NCBI GenBank assembly: GCA_964617645.1
Contig: CAZTYE010000007.1
Location: forward strand, 88,203-152,202
Origin: an uncultured Ignavibacteria bacterium
GTDB lineage: Bacteria; Zixibacteria; MSB-5A5; CAIYYT01
Direction: 5' to 3'
Length of the DNA stretch: 64,000 bases
A program made the position numbers and the translations under genes. Below, piece by piece: positions 8,417-18,453 of this stretch (within the stretch, counting starts at the first letter, position 1; every line of letters begins with the position of its first letter). The notes under the pieces were generated by a model. That model did not search any database, was not told the origin of the DNA, and was given only the letters and a program-made list of their open reading frames with translations.

Positions 8417-9864
8417 GATACGCACTGCAGAAGATTCGTGACGGTGTCTGGGAAATCCCGACCTTCGCCAAGCAGGGAATGCGAGTTCCGGCGCGATTGT
8501 ACACCAGCGAAAAGCTTCTGGCGTCCCTCGATGACGGCGTTTTCGAGCAGGTGACCAATGTTGCGACACTGCCCGGAATCGTCGGCCCGGCACTCTGCAT
8601 GCCGGATGGCCATTGGGGCTACGGTTTTCCCATCGGTGGCGTGGCGGCGTTTTCGGTTGATGAGGGTGTGATCTCACCCGGCGGAATCGGTTTCGATATC
8701 AACTGCGGCATGCGTTTGATCCGCACGAATCTGACTCGCGAAGAAGCGGAACCCAAACTCCCGCAGCTCCTCGACCGGCTCTTTCAGTTGGTTCCCGCCG
8801 GAGTTGGAGTCAATGGATCCATCAGCCTGAATAAGAAAGAGTTCGCCAATGTTTTGGTCGACGGCGTCGAGTGGTGTCGCAAGCACGGCTACGCCAACGA
8901 ATCCGATCAAATGTCGATCGAACAGCGCGGCAGAATTCCCGGCGGCGATCCTGATCAGGTTTCGGCCAAAGCGTTCGAGCGCGGCCGCAACCAGCTTGGC
9001 ACCTTGGGTTCTGGAAATCACTACCTCGAAGTTGAAGTCGTCAGACCCGAGAATGTCTACGAACCGGAAATCGCTGCGCGATTCGGCCTCGATCGACCCA
9101 ATCAGATTGTGGTTTTGATTCACTGCGGCTCGCGCGGGTGCGGTCATCAGGTGGCAACCGATCATCTCCAATCGTTTACGAAGGCGATGCCCAAGTACGG
9201 CATCAAGACCAATGATCGGGAACTCGCTTGCGCGCCGTTTAGCTCGCCGGAAGGGCAATCCTATTTCAAAGCGATGACCTGCGCCGCCAATAGCGCCTTT
9301 GCCAACCGCCAGCTCATCGTTCATCATGTCCGGCAGGCGTTCGTCGAAGTATTCGGCAAAGCCGAGCATTTGCTCGGACTTGAGACGATCTATGATGTTG
9401 CCCATAATATTGCTAAGATCGAGCGCTACAAAATCGACGGTCGCGAACAAAAGGTGATCGTGCACCGCAAGGGTGCGACGCGCGCTTTCGGGCCAAATTC
9501 TCCCGATGTGCCGGAGAAATATCGCGAAGTTGGCCAGCCGGTATTGGTCGGTGGCTCGATGCAGACCGGGTCATATCTTCTCGTCGGAACGCAGAAGGCG
9601 ATGAACGAGACTTACGGTTCGACTCTTCACGGTTCCGGCCGCACGATGTCGCGCATGCAAGCCAAGAAAATGGTGCGCGGCTCCGATCTGCTCGTGGAAA
9701 TGAAAAACGCGGGAATCATGGTACGCGCGGCTTCGCTTTCCGGTCTGGCCGAAGAAGTCGGCTTCGCCTACAAAGAAATCGACGACGTGATTGCGGCCGT
9801 CGACGCAATCGGAATCTCCCGCAAAGTCGCCAAACTGGTGCCGATCGGTAATATCAAGGGCTAA
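8413..9864 (+). CDS. rtcB: RNA-splicing ligase RtcB (3'-phosphate/5'-hydroxyl RNA ligase)
   Basis: DINCGMRL, GSGNHYLEVE, HCGSRG and a C-terminal HGSGR motif; 483 aa. Confidence 0.9.
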   Translation: MRYALQKIRDGVWEIPTFAKQGMRVPARLYTSEKLLASLDDGVFEQVTNVATLPGIVGPALCMPDGHWGYGFPIGGVAAFSVDEGVISPGGIGFDINCGMRLIRTNLTREEAEPKLPQLLDRLFQLVPAGVGVNGSISLNKKEFANVLVDGVEWCRKHGYANESDQMSIEQRGRIPGGDPDQVSAKAFERGRNQLGTLGSGNHYLEVEVVRPENVYEPEIAARFGLDRPNQIVVLIHCGSRGCGHQVATDHLQSFTKAMPKYGIKTNDRELACAPFSSPEGQSYFKAMTCAANSAFANRQLIVHHVRQAFVEVFGKAEHLLGLETIYDVAHNIAKIERYKIDGREQKVIVHRKGATRAFGPNSPDVPEKYREVGQPVLVGGSMQTGSYLLVGTQKAMNETYGSTLHGSGRTMSRMQAKKMVRGSDLLVEMKNAGIMVRAASLSGLAEEVGFAYKEIDDVIAAVDAIGISRKVAKLVPIGNIKG

Positions 9865-9925
9865 CCGCGACGCACACTCGTGGCTTGCGTTTCGTGTAAA
9901 CATTGTTTAGATCAACCGCCGCAAT

Positions 9926-11629
9926 GTGCGGGTGAGAGCGAAGCTCGATGACCCGCCGGGTGTCAATGGCGTGGCTGAATTCATAGACCTTCTCGCAAAC
10001 AACAAACTGTTATTGCTTTTCATTGTAATCGGGCTCGGTTACCTGGTGGGGAGCATCAAGGTGTTCGGGTTCAATCTCGGCATCGCCGCGGTGCTGTTTG
10101 TCGGCATCGCGTTTGGGGCGCTCGACAAGCGTCTTGCGCTTCCCGAAGAAATCTACATCATCGGCCTCGTCGTCTTCGTTTATGCGCTCGGATTGCAGGC
10201 CGGCCCGGGGTTTTTTGCATCGTTCCAGAAGCGCGGTGTCAAATTCAGCCTGATCGCCGTCTCGGTGTTGACCGCGGGCGCACTGGTTGCGGCTCTGATC
10301 GGAAACTTGCTGGGAATGTCGGCCCCAAGCATTGCCGGCTTGTTTTGCGGCGCGCTGACGAACACGCCGGCGTTGGCGGCGGCGGTCGAGGCGGTCAAAA
10401 ATCTCGCCGGAAGTTATCCCGCTGGGCTAACCGAGATCTACATGCAGAGCCCGGTCGTGACCTATGGATTGGCTTATCCGTTCGGTGTGTTCGGCGTGAT
10501 TCTCTGGCTTTATGTGTTTTCGCGCTTCTACAAAGTAGACTTCGCGAAGGAAGCGGCGGATCGGTCATCAAGCGATGTGCCGGAAGAGATCGTCTTCCAA
10601 ACGTTCAGGATTACGAACCCCGCGGTCGCCGGCACAACTGCCGAACACGCGCTGGAGCTACTGGGCAACGCCGGCTTCACCTTGAGCCGAGTAAAACACG
10701 GCGACGCCATTCGCATTGTTCAGCCTGATACGGTCTTGCAGCAGAACGACCTGGTAGTTGCCGTTGGTACTCCGACCGCGTTGTCGCGGGCGACCGTGCT
10801 TTTCGGCGAGCGTTCGACGGAAGCGATCGCGCAACAGCGTGACGACACCAGCTACGCCCAACTCTTCATCTCCAACAAGCAGGTCGTCGGACGAACGATT
10901 CGCGAACTGCAGACCAGCAAGCAGTTCGAGGGCGCGATTACGCGCCTGCGCCGAGCCGGTGTCGAGTTCGTTCCCAAGCCGGACACGATACTCGAGATGG
11001 GCGATCAAATCATGGTGGTCATTCCCCGACGGCAGGAGGAGGGCGTATCTAAGTTCTTTGGCAACTCCATTCAGGCCTTGTCGGAGACTGATTTTCTCTC
11101 GTTGTCTCTCGGAATCGTGCTCGGAGTTTTCCTCGGGATGATTCCGCTGCCGCTGCCCGGCGGTGGGGAATTCAAGCTTGGTTTCGCCGGCGGGCCGCTG
11201 GTCGCCGGATTGATACTCGGTCGCCTCGAGCGCACCGGACCGATTCAATGGGGCTTGCCCCATGCGGCGAATCTCGTATTGCGCCAAATCGGATTGGTGT
11301 TCTTTCTCGCCGCCATCGGCACCAAAGCCGGGTATGGCTTCGGTGAGACGTTTCAGAGCGGATCATGGGGGCTGTTCCTCGCTGGCGGCGCCGTGACAAC
11401 GTTTGTCACGGTCAGCGTCATTATGATTGGATATCGCTATCTTAAACTGCCGATGCTGGGAGTGATGGGCATGATGTCCGGAATCCAGACGCAGCCGGCG
11501 TGTTTGGCCTACGCCAATCAACAGGCGGAATCCGACTTGCCCAACGTCTGGTATGCGACAGTTCAACCGGCTTCGATGATCGCGAAGATCATGCTCGCCC
11601 AAATCATCGTCACAACACTCATTCTTTAG
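9926..11629 (+). CDS. YidE/YbjL (AspT/AAE) family transporter with two internal TrkA-C/RCK_C domains
   Basis: N- and C-terminal polytopic membrane halves flank two RCK_C-like soluble repeats (…DLVVAVGTP… and …DQIMVVIP…). Start codon uncertain (GTG 9926 or later). Confidence 0.75.
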   Translation: MRVRAKLDDPPGVNGVAEFIDLLANNKLLLLFIVIGLGYLVGSIKVFGFNLGIAAVLFVGIAFGALDKRLALPEEIYIIGLVVFVYALGLQAGPGFFASFQKRGVKFSLIAVSVLTAGALVAALIGNLLGMSAPSIAGLFCGALTNTPALAAAVEAVKNLAGSYPAGLTEIYMQSPVVTYGLAYPFGVFGVILWLYVFSRFYKVDFAKEAADRSSSDVPEEIVFQTFRITNPAVAGTTAEHALELLGNAGFTLSRVKHGDAIRIVQPDTVLQQNDLVVAVGTPTALSRATVLFGERSTEAIAQQRDDTSYAQLFISNKQVVGRTIRELQTSKQFEGAITRLRRAGVEFVPKPDTILEMGDQIMVVIPRRQEEGVSKFFGNSIQALSETDFLSLSLGIVLGVFLGMIPLPLPGGGEFKLGFAGGPLVAGLILGRLERTGPIQWGLPHAANLVLRQIGLVFFLAAIGTKAGYGFGETFQSGSWGLFLAGGAVTTFVTVSVIMIGYRYLKLPMLGVMGMMSGIQTQPACLAYANQQAESDLPNVWYATVQPASMIAKIMLAQIIVTTLIL

Positions 11630-11647
11630 CGATCGAGATCTACGTCA

Positions 11648-12409
11648 TTGGAATACCTTTCCGTCTCCGAGGGAATTCTTCTCTTTATCGCCGCTTTAGT
11701 TGCCGGCTGGATCGACTCGATTGCGGGGGGCGGCGGGCTGATTACTTTGCCGTCATTGCTCGCCGTCGGATTGCCGCCGCACTTGGCCCTCGGAACGAAC
11801 AAGCTTCAGTCCAGCTTCGGCAGCCTGACCGCGACGCTGAGTCACTGGCGTAATGGCGTGATTCAATTGCGCGAGGCAAAGTGGGGAATCTTCTTCGCCG
11901 CCGCAGGCGCAGCTTCCGGTGCCTGGGTTGTGCAGCGCGTGTCGTCGGATTTCCTCGACAAAGTGATACCGTTCTTGCTTCTGGCGCTGGTGATCTACTT
12001 CATATTCTCGCCGCGACTCGGAACGGCAGATCGCACGCCGAAAATCACGCCGTTCGCCTACGCGGTCACCGCCGGATTTGCGATCGCCTTTTATGACGGA
12101 TTCTTCGGTCCGGGGACCGGCTCGTTCTTTGTTATGACATTCATGGTGCTGCTCGGCTACAACATGGTCAAAGCTACCGGCTACACCAAGCTCCTGAACT
12201 TCGTCTCCAACATCCTCTCGCTTCTCGCGTTTGCTATCGGTGGTCAAGTCGTCTGGATCGTCGGTCTGACGATGGCAGGTGGACAGGTGATCGGCGCGTA
12301 TTTGGGTTCACACCTGGTAATCTCAAGAGGTGCAAAGTTGATTCGGCCGATTTTCATCGTTGTAGTTTTGATGACGACGGCAAAACTGTTCTATGATAAC
12401 TTCAAATAA
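11648..12409 (+). CDS. TauE/SafE family sulfite/anion exporter (DUF81)
   Basis: 253 aa, 8 TM helices, GWIDSIAGGGGLITLPSLL motif typical of the family. TTG start. Confidence 0.8.
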   Translation: MEYLSVSEGILLFIAALVAGWIDSIAGGGGLITLPSLLAVGLPPHLALGTNKLQSSFGSLTATLSHWRNGVIQLREAKWGIFFAAAGAASGAWVVQRVSSDFLDKVIPFLLLALVIYFIFSPRLGTADRTPKITPFAYAVTAGFAIAFYDGFFGPGTGSFFVMTFMVLLGYNMVKATGYTKLLNFVSNILSLLAFAIGGQVVWIVGLTMAGGQVIGAYLGSHLVISRGAKLIRPIFIVVVLMTTAKLFYDNFK

Positions 12410-12518
12410 CTCCCGTAATGCCCTTATAGACAACGTGTTACAATTGCGCATGAACAAATTTCGCTCGCTTGCGTTCTAAATGTGAACCGAATTAGGCCAA
12501 GTTAACGGACGTTCGCTT

Positions 12519-14666
12519 TTGTTCAACAGATTCAATCAACACAAGTGCCTCAGATTCGCCACCAGAGCGCGGTTGCATGCTGGCGTAATTGCGCTTGCGC
12601 TCTCATTGCTGCCAGAAATGGCAGCGACAGAGTCGGTTCGTCGGGATCATATCGCGGTTGAACTCGTCTCGGATCGAACGAGCATCGCCCCGGGAGATAC
12701 ATTCATCGTCGCACTGCGAATGATCCCCGATCACGAGTGGCATGTGTATTGGAAGAACCCCGGAGACGCCGGATTGGCGCCGCGGGTTCGCTGGAAGTTG
12801 CCGGAGGGCTTCACGGTGGGAGAACTCGAATTTCCAATCCCGAAGAAGATTCCTGCCGGCCCGTTGGTGAGTTTCGGCTATGAAGGTGAGGTGCTGTATC
12901 CATCCAGGGTCATCGCACCACCAAACTTAGTCGGGGGTAGTACAATTTCGCTGCTCGCAGATGTCGACTGGCTTGTCTGCAAAGTGGAGTGCATTCCCGG
13001 CGACGCGATGCTGCACCTTGACTTGGCCGTATCCAACGACCGCGCTGTTGACAGCGAATGGGAAAGCCGGCTGGCTGGCTGGCACAACTCACAACCAGCC
13101 GCAAGCTCCGATTGGGACATAACGGCGAACGCTTCAGGATCATTCGTCACTCTGACAGGCAGAAGAGCCAACCCTCAGGTGCGGCTCCCATCAACACTGA
13201 CATTCTTCCCGGAGCAAAAGGGCGTTTTGGAGAACGCCGCGACGCAATCGTTCGAGCTCGCCGACGATGGGTTTAGGCTTTCAGTTACGCGCAACCGACT
13301 CTTTTTGGATTCGCTCACGCATCTCTCCGGCTTGTTGGTGGCCGATTCGGCTTGGCTTGATGGCGAACGCCGAGCGCTCGCGGTCTCGACGCCCGTGCAG
13401 CCGCTCGCAGCAAGCCGAGCAGTCGAGCCAGAGTTGTCTTGGTGGCAGGCGGTGCTGTTTGCATTTGTTGGCGGGATCATTTTGAACCTCATGCCGTGTG
13501 TGCTGCCAGTTTTGTCGATCAAGATCATGGGCGTTGTCGGGAAGACAACTTCAACGAGGCGCGAGACTTTCCGGCACAACCTGTTCTATCTGTGCGGCGT
13601 ACTCATTTCCTTTTGGTCGCTGGCGTCCGTGCTTCTCTTTCTGAAAGCGAGTGGGCGACAACTCGGCTGGGGATTTCAGTTGCAGTCACCGGAATTCATC
13701 GTTGTTCTCGCGACATTCATGTTTCTCCTCGGGCTGAATTTAATGGGCGTATTCGAAGTTGGCGCGTCTCTCACTGGAATCGGCGGTCGCAGCCGCTCCG
13801 GGGATATCGGCTCGTTTATTTCCGGCGTGACGGCAACGGTCGTAGCGACGCCGTGCACGGCGCCGTTCATGGGCGCGGCGCTGGGTTTTTCGCTTACGCA
13901 ACCGGCGCTGACTTCGCTTTCGATCTTCACCGCTTTGGGACTGGGAATGGCGGCTCCATACATTCTGGTCACAAGCTCGCCACGGTTCTTAAGATTCATG
14001 CCCAAGCCCGGCCGTTGGATGGAATCGCTTAAGCAGTTCATGGGGTTCTTGATTTTCGGCACTGTCGTCTGGCTCGTCTGGGTGCTCGGCGCTCAAGCCG
14101 GGACCAATGCCGTCGGATTGCTGCTTTTGGGGCTGCTCGTTGTTGCCGCTGGCGCTTGGGTGTTGGGTCGGTGGGGAAGTCTGATGGCGGACACGCGGCA
14201 GCGCATGATCGCGCGCGTCATGGCGACGCTATTGATCGTCGGCGCCGTCGGCGCTGTCATCGTCAATCTGCCAATGGCATCAACGACGATCCACATTATC
14301 GACAATGTTTCGGGAGTCAAATGGGAACCATTCTCGCCGCAGCGGGTAGCAGAACTAAGGCAAGTGGGCCGGCCGGTGCTGATCGACTTCACCGCGGCGT
14401 GGTGCCTAAGTTGTCAGGTCAACGAGCGTGTCGCATTCGGTTCTGCGGATGTGCAATCGCGACTGCGCGAGTTGGGGGTCGCGACGCTCAAAGCCGATTG
14501 GACCTCCCGCGACGATGTAATCACCAGGGCGCTGGCCGAATTCGGTCGAAACAGCGTGCCGCTATACGTCCTTTATCGCGGCGACGCCCATTCGCCACCG
14601 CGGCTCTTGCCCGAAATACTGACGCCGGCGATCGTCTTGTCGGCGCTGAACGAAATTGAAAGTTAA
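12519..14666 (+). CDS. dsbD: thiol:disulfide interchange protein DsbD (protein-disulfide reductase)
   Basis: N-terminal periplasmic alpha domain, central membrane domain with CVLP and TPCTAPF motifs, C-terminal thioredoxin domain with WCLSC active site. Confidence 0.85.
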   Translation: MFNRFNQHKCLRFATRARLHAGVIALALSLLPEMAATESVRRDHIAVELVSDRTSIAPGDTFIVALRMIPDHEWHVYWKNPGDAGLAPRVRWKLPEGFTVGELEFPIPKKIPAGPLVSFGYEGEVLYPSRVIAPPNLVGGSTISLLADVDWLVCKVECIPGDAMLHLDLAVSNDRAVDSEWESRLAGWHNSQPAASSDWDITANASGSFVTLTGRRANPQVRLPSTLTFFPEQKGVLENAATQSFELADDGFRLSVTRNRLFLDSLTHLSGLLVADSAWLDGERRALAVSTPVQPLAASRAVEPELSWWQAVLFAFVGGIILNLMPCVLPVLSIKIMGVVGKTTSTRRETFRHNLFYLCGVLISFWSLASVLLFLKASGRQLGWGFQLQSPEFIVVLATFMFLLGLNLMGVFEVGASLTGIGGRSRSGDIGSFISGVTATVVATPCTAPFMGAALGFSLTQPALTSLSIFTALGLGMAAPYILVTSSPRFLRFMPKPGRWMESLKQFMGFLIFGTVVWLVWVLGAQAGTNAVGLLLLGLLVVAAGAWVLGRWGSLMADTRQRMIARVMATLLIVGAVGAVIVNLPMASTTIHIIDNVSGVKWEPFSPQRVAELRQVGRPVLIDFTAAWCLSCQVNERVAFGSADVQSRLRELGVATLKADWTSRDDVITRALAEFGRNSVPLYVLYRGDAHSPPRLLPEILTPAIVLSALNEIES

Positions 14667-14735
14667 TAGTGTCGTCGCCGATGACCCTGCAACGGCGACG
14701 TGATCACGATGAAGCCAGGGTGGAAAGGTTCAGAC

Positions 14736-15374
14736 ATGAACAAGCTGAAAGCAATAATCGCACTGGGCGTGTTAGCCGTCTTTGTCGTCGCGCTGATCGC
14801 CACAGCGCAGAGCAAACCAGAAGCAGCAATCGGTAGTGTGACCATCGATCAGCCGGCGCCGGACTTCGCTTTGAAAGACGTTGACGGCAAGGAGCACAAG
14901 CTCTCGCAATACAAGGGCAAGCATGTCGTTCTCGAATGGGTCAACTACGACTGTCCGTTCGTGAAGAAGCACTACGGTAGCGGCAATATGCAGTCGTTGC
15001 AGGGAATGTTTACCAAGAAGGATGTTGTCTGGTTATCGATCTGTTCTTCCGCTCCGGGAAAGCAAGGGCATTTCCCGACGGCCGATCTGAAGAAGCGGAT
15101 TGTGACTGAGAAAGCAACTCCGACTGCCTACCTGATTGATGAAAACGGCGCGGTAGGCAAGATGTACGGCGCGAAGACCACGCCGCATATGTTCATTGTC
15201 GATCCGGCCGGGATGCTTCGCTATGCCGGCGCGATCGACGATACGCCCTCGACGCGCGCTGCCGATATCGAAAAATCGACGAACTATGTGCGCTCAGCGC
15301 TCGACAATCTTCTGACCGGCAAATCGGTTGCCGTCAAGTCGTCTGCGCCTTACGGTTGTTCGGTCAAGTACTAA
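14736..15374 (+). CDS. secreted thioredoxin-fold / redoxin family protein
   Basis: Signal peptide MNKLKAIIALGVLAVFVVALIATAQS, thioredoxin-like fold signature LEWVNYDCPFVKKHY. Adjacent to dsbD. Confidence 0.6.
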   Translation: MNKLKAIIALGVLAVFVVALIATAQSKPEAAIGSVTIDQPAPDFALKDVDGKEHKLSQYKGKHVVLEWVNYDCPFVKKHYGSGNMQSLQGMFTKKDVVWLSICSSAPGKQGHFPTADLKKRIVTEKATPTAYLIDENGAVGKMYGAKTTPHMFIVDPAGMLRYAGAIDDTPSTRAADIEKSTNYVRSALDNLLTGKSVAVKSSAPYGCSVKY

Positions 15375-15491
15375 GGAAAATCGCCATTGCGGTGACCTCA
15401 GCCGCGACGTTAAGTTATCTTGATGCGCAGCAGATCTCCTGCTTCGTTGCGTCAAACGGCTACGTTGTTTAGTTTCATGGAGGGAAGAAAA

Positions 15492-15992
15492 ATGCGAAAG
15501 CTAAGCGGAATTTATCTCGCGGCACTTCTCTTGTTGTCCGTTGCGGCCAACGCCGGTCCACGTGCCTTCGGTGCGCACGGATTCGGGCCGCGCGTTGGAG
15601 TTTCTATCGATCCCGATCAGATTCATTTTGGCGGTCATCTTGATCTTGGCGATCTCGCGCCAAACTTGATGCTGCTTCCCAATGCCGATATCGGCATCGG
15701 TGACGACCTGACGATCGTGACGGCGCTGTTCGAGCTCGACTATCGCTTTCGTTCTGATTGGGGTAGCTGGAACCCGTATCTTGGCGGCGCGATTGGGCCG
15801 TCGTTCTGGTCATTTGACGGTGGTCGGGGCCGTGGCGACAATAGCGACAGCGGGCTGGCGGCCTCAGTACAAGGCGGCATCGCTCGACGACTCGGCTCGC
15901 AATCCGGATTCATGTTTCTGGAGTTTCGGCTGGGCATGGGCGATATGCCCGATTTTAAATTCACGGCGGGATGGTGTTTCGGCAGCAAGTAG
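15492..15992 (+). CDS. hypothetical small outer-membrane beta-barrel-like protein
   Basis: Signal peptide MRKLSGIYLAALLLLSVAANA, alternating hydrophobic/Gly-rich strands, C-terminal aromatic (…FTAGWCFGSK). Confidence 0.4.
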   Translation: MRKLSGIYLAALLLLSVAANAGPRAFGAHGFGPRVGVSIDPDQIHFGGHLDLGDLAPNLMLLPNADIGIGDDLTIVTALFELDYRFRSDWGSWNPYLGGAIGPSFWSFDGGRGRGDNSDSGLAASVQGGIARRLGSQSGFMFLEFRLGMGDMPDFKFTAGWCFGSK

Positions 15993-16007
15993 GAACTGAT
16001 CGAGTCG

Positions 16008-16352
16008 CTAAGAATTTCCGCTGTCATGTCGGTAGGCAATCACGCGCACATTCTCGAGAGTCATAAGGCCCTCCGTGATGATCTTGTCCAGTTCGGTGAC
16101 GAAGGCTTGGATCTTCTGAGGCTGATCAACGATTTCGATTATCATCGGCAAGTCCTCTGACAATCGAAGCACCTTGGCGGTGTGAATCCGGCTGTTCGCG
16201 CCGAAACCGAGAGTACCGCGCACCACGGTGGCGCCGGCTAATCCCGCCGTGCGCGCCATCTCCACGATCGCTTCATAAAGCGGTTTTCCCGAGTGGCGGT
16301 CGCTCTCGCCGACGAAAATTCTCAGCAATTGTGCGTCGCCGTCCAACTTCAT
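16008..16352 (-). CDS. DUF190 (PII-like) protein commonly paired with CrcB
   Basis: 114 aa, MKLDGDAQLLRIFVGESDRH…VVRG…GFG motif of DUF190. Directly downstream of crcB. Confidence 0.7.
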   Translation of the reverse strand: MKLDGDAQLLRIFVGESDRHSGKPLYEAIVEMARTAGLAGATVVRGTLGFGANSRIHTAKVLRLSEDLPMIIEIVDQPQKIQAFVTELDKIITEGLMTLENVRVIAYRHDSGNS

Positions 16353-16360
16353 GATTCACC

Positions 16361-16738
16361 TCAAATCGTTTTTCCCAGCGCCATTCCGGCCAGAAGCGCG
16401 CCATATCCTAAGAGCGTCTGGCCGGCGAAATTGATGAATGCCGTCGTATACTGCGCGTCGCGCATCAATTCTCCGGTCTCGAAGACCAGCGTCGAAAATG
16501 TTGTGAACGAACCGACGAATCCGACCAGAAGGATGAGTCGCCACTCCGCTGAGATTATCAACCGCTGTTCCGCGAGCGGCCAGATTAGTCCAAACACAAA
16601 GCAACCGAGGACGTTTACCACAAAGGTTCCGGCCGGAAAGCTGATTCCGGAGATCCGCTGCACCATGCCGGCCAATGCGAACCGCAATACCGCACCGCCG
16701 GCGCCGAGCAACGCGATCCAGAACACCTTCTGCAGCAT
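16361..16738 (-). CDS. crcB: fluoride ion channel CrcB/Fluc
   Basis: 125 aa, 4 TM, GGAVLRF…GTFVVNVLGCFVFG motifs. Confidence 0.85.
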   Translation of the reverse strand: MLQKVFWIALLGAGGAVLRFALAGMVQRISGISFPAGTFVVNVLGCFVFGLIWPLAEQRLIISAEWRLILLVGFVGSFTTFSTLVFETGELMRDAQYTTAFINFAGQTLLGYGALLAGMALGKTI

Positions 16739-17518
16739 CTACGACCTCTTGCCCATGAACTCGCGGCGGCTGAAGAGCCACAGCGATAGAGCCATCAGCA
16801 TCACAGCCCATACTGCATAGTAAGCCATTACGCGCCCAACCGGTGCTAAGCTGCTGATGTCGGCGTTGAGAAACTGCTCGAGTCCAATTGCCTGGTCGCG
16901 ATCAATCGAAACAAACTTCAGCGCCCTGCCGATGGAGGTCAGCGTCGATTCTTGAAATTGCGCCAAGACCGCGCCTAACGCGCCAAGAAGATAATACACT
17001 ATCGCCAAGCATGCGGCCAAGAGCGGAGCGCTGACATTGGAAAAGAACAGGCCGACGGAGTAGGTCGCCAGCCAACTCATGAAAAGCTGCGGCACATATA
17101 ACCAAGTCACGGCCGGGATCGGGAAACGCAGAAAAATCACGTAGATCACCGCATAGAGCAGAAATGCGATGGCGAAAAAAGCCAACAGCGCATAGATCGA
17201 TCCCAGAATCTTTCCCACAATTATCTCAATTCGCGAGATCGGCCGGGCGGCAAAGGTCAAGAGCGTGCCGTCCTTGTAGTCTTGTCGCCACGTCGTGACG
17301 CCCAAAATCAAAGCGGCCAGATGCCCCATGGCGACAACGAACTGGAAATAGCCGACAGCCGTATCCGGCGCGGGAATATCAACATCCATCGCCTTGGCGA
17401 AGATGATTGTCGGCAGGACGGTGATCGCTCCGAGAAAAACACAGACGATCGCGAATACTAACATGATCTTGGACGACCGCAGTTTCCGCAAGCGATGAAG
17501 CGCGAGTTGATGAATCAC
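16739..17518 (-). CDS. ABC-2 type transporter permease
   Basis: 259 aa, 6 TM. Stop/start coupled to the upstream ATPase gene and the downstream crcB. Confidence 0.6.
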   Translation of the reverse strand: MIHQLALHRLRKLRSSKIMLVFAIVCVFLGAITVLPTIIFAKAMDVDIPAPDTAVGYFQFVVAMGHLAALILGVTTWRQDYKDGTLLTFAARPISRIEIIVGKILGSIYALLAFFAIAFLLYAVIYVIFLRFPIPAVTWLYVPQLFMSWLATYSVGLFFSNVSAPLLAACLAIVYYLLGALGAVLAQFQESTLTSIGRALKFVSIDRDQAIGLEQFLNADISSLAPVGRVMAYYAVWAVMLMALSLWLFSRREFMGKRS

Positions 17519-18453
17519 GCGCCGCTCTCCTGTCCCGAGACCAGGTCAACGAACTTGTCCAACAACGATGCCGCCAATGGTTTGAGTTCAATGACTTCCG
17601 CTCCGGACATGACGAGCTTCATTAGTGTCCGGTCCTTGGCGGCGCGATCGCCGCAATTGATCGTGACGAAAGCATCCGTCTTGACAATACCAACGCCGCC
17701 AAGCTCCGCAAGCACCGCGTCCGAGACGCCCCGCGCCGTAATCGCGAATGCGCGGCTACCCTCGCGCAACAACCGATCAAGAGTATCGACGGCTAAAAGC
17801 TCACCGCGGTTGATGATCGCCACTCGATCCGCGATATCTTCAATGTCCGAGAGAATGTGAGTCGACAGAAAAACAGTCTTTCCCTCGGAGCGCAGCTTGA
17901 CCAGCAGGCGCTTGACCTTGTCCTTGGCAATCGGGTCCATGCCCGAAGTCGGCTCATCGAGCACAAGCACCTGCGGATCGGCGATCAGCGCTTGCGCCAG
18001 CCCGATCTTCTGCGTCATCCCCTTGGAATAGTTGCGAATCCGCACAGTACCGGCGTCGGGAAGATCGAGCCAGTCCAGCAGTTCGCGGGCACGCCCCGAA
18101 ACTCTGGACTTGTCGGCGTGTCCCAAGCGTGCGAATAGGTTGAGAAAGCGATTGCCCGTGAGAAAGCCGTCGAAATTGAAAATCTCTGGCAAAAATCCGA
18201 TAGCCCGACGTGACTCAGGATCGCGCGAATTCCGGCCAAGAATCTCGGTTTGGCCCGCCGTCGGGAAGATGAAGTCCATGAGGATGTGCATGGCGGTGGT
18301 TTTTCCGGCTCCGTTAGGACCGAGAAAACCAAAGATCTCGCCGGCGGGAACATCGAACGAGATGTTCTTGAGCGCATCCTTGCGATTTCCGCGCTCGCGG
18401 TAAGTCTTGCTCAGGTTGACGAAACGCAGTGCATTTCCGTGGCTCTGCATCAA
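17515..18453 (-). CDS. ABC transporter ATP-binding protein
   Basis: Walker A GPNGAGKTT, signature YSKGMTQK, Walker B LVLDEPTSGMD. Confidence 0.85.
   Translation of the reverse strand: MMQSHGNALRFVNLSKTYRERGNRKDALKNISFDVPAGEIFGFLGPNGAGKTTAMHILMDFIFPTAGQTEILGRNSRDPESRRAIGFLPEIFNFDGFLTGNRFLNLFARLGHADKSRVSGRARELLDWLDLPDAGTVRIRNYSKGMTQKIGLAQALIADPQVLVLDEPTSGMDPIAKDKVKRLLVKLRSEGKTVFLSTHILSDIEDIADRVAIINRGELLAVDTLDRLLREGSRAFAITARGVSDAVLAELGGVGIVKTDAFVTINCGDRAAKDRTLMKLVMSGAEVIELKPLAASLLDKFVDLVSGQESGA

Noticed and set aside
8674-9465. 263-aa minus-strand ORF inside rtcB
   Set aside because: Antisense to a highly conserved gene; no motifs.
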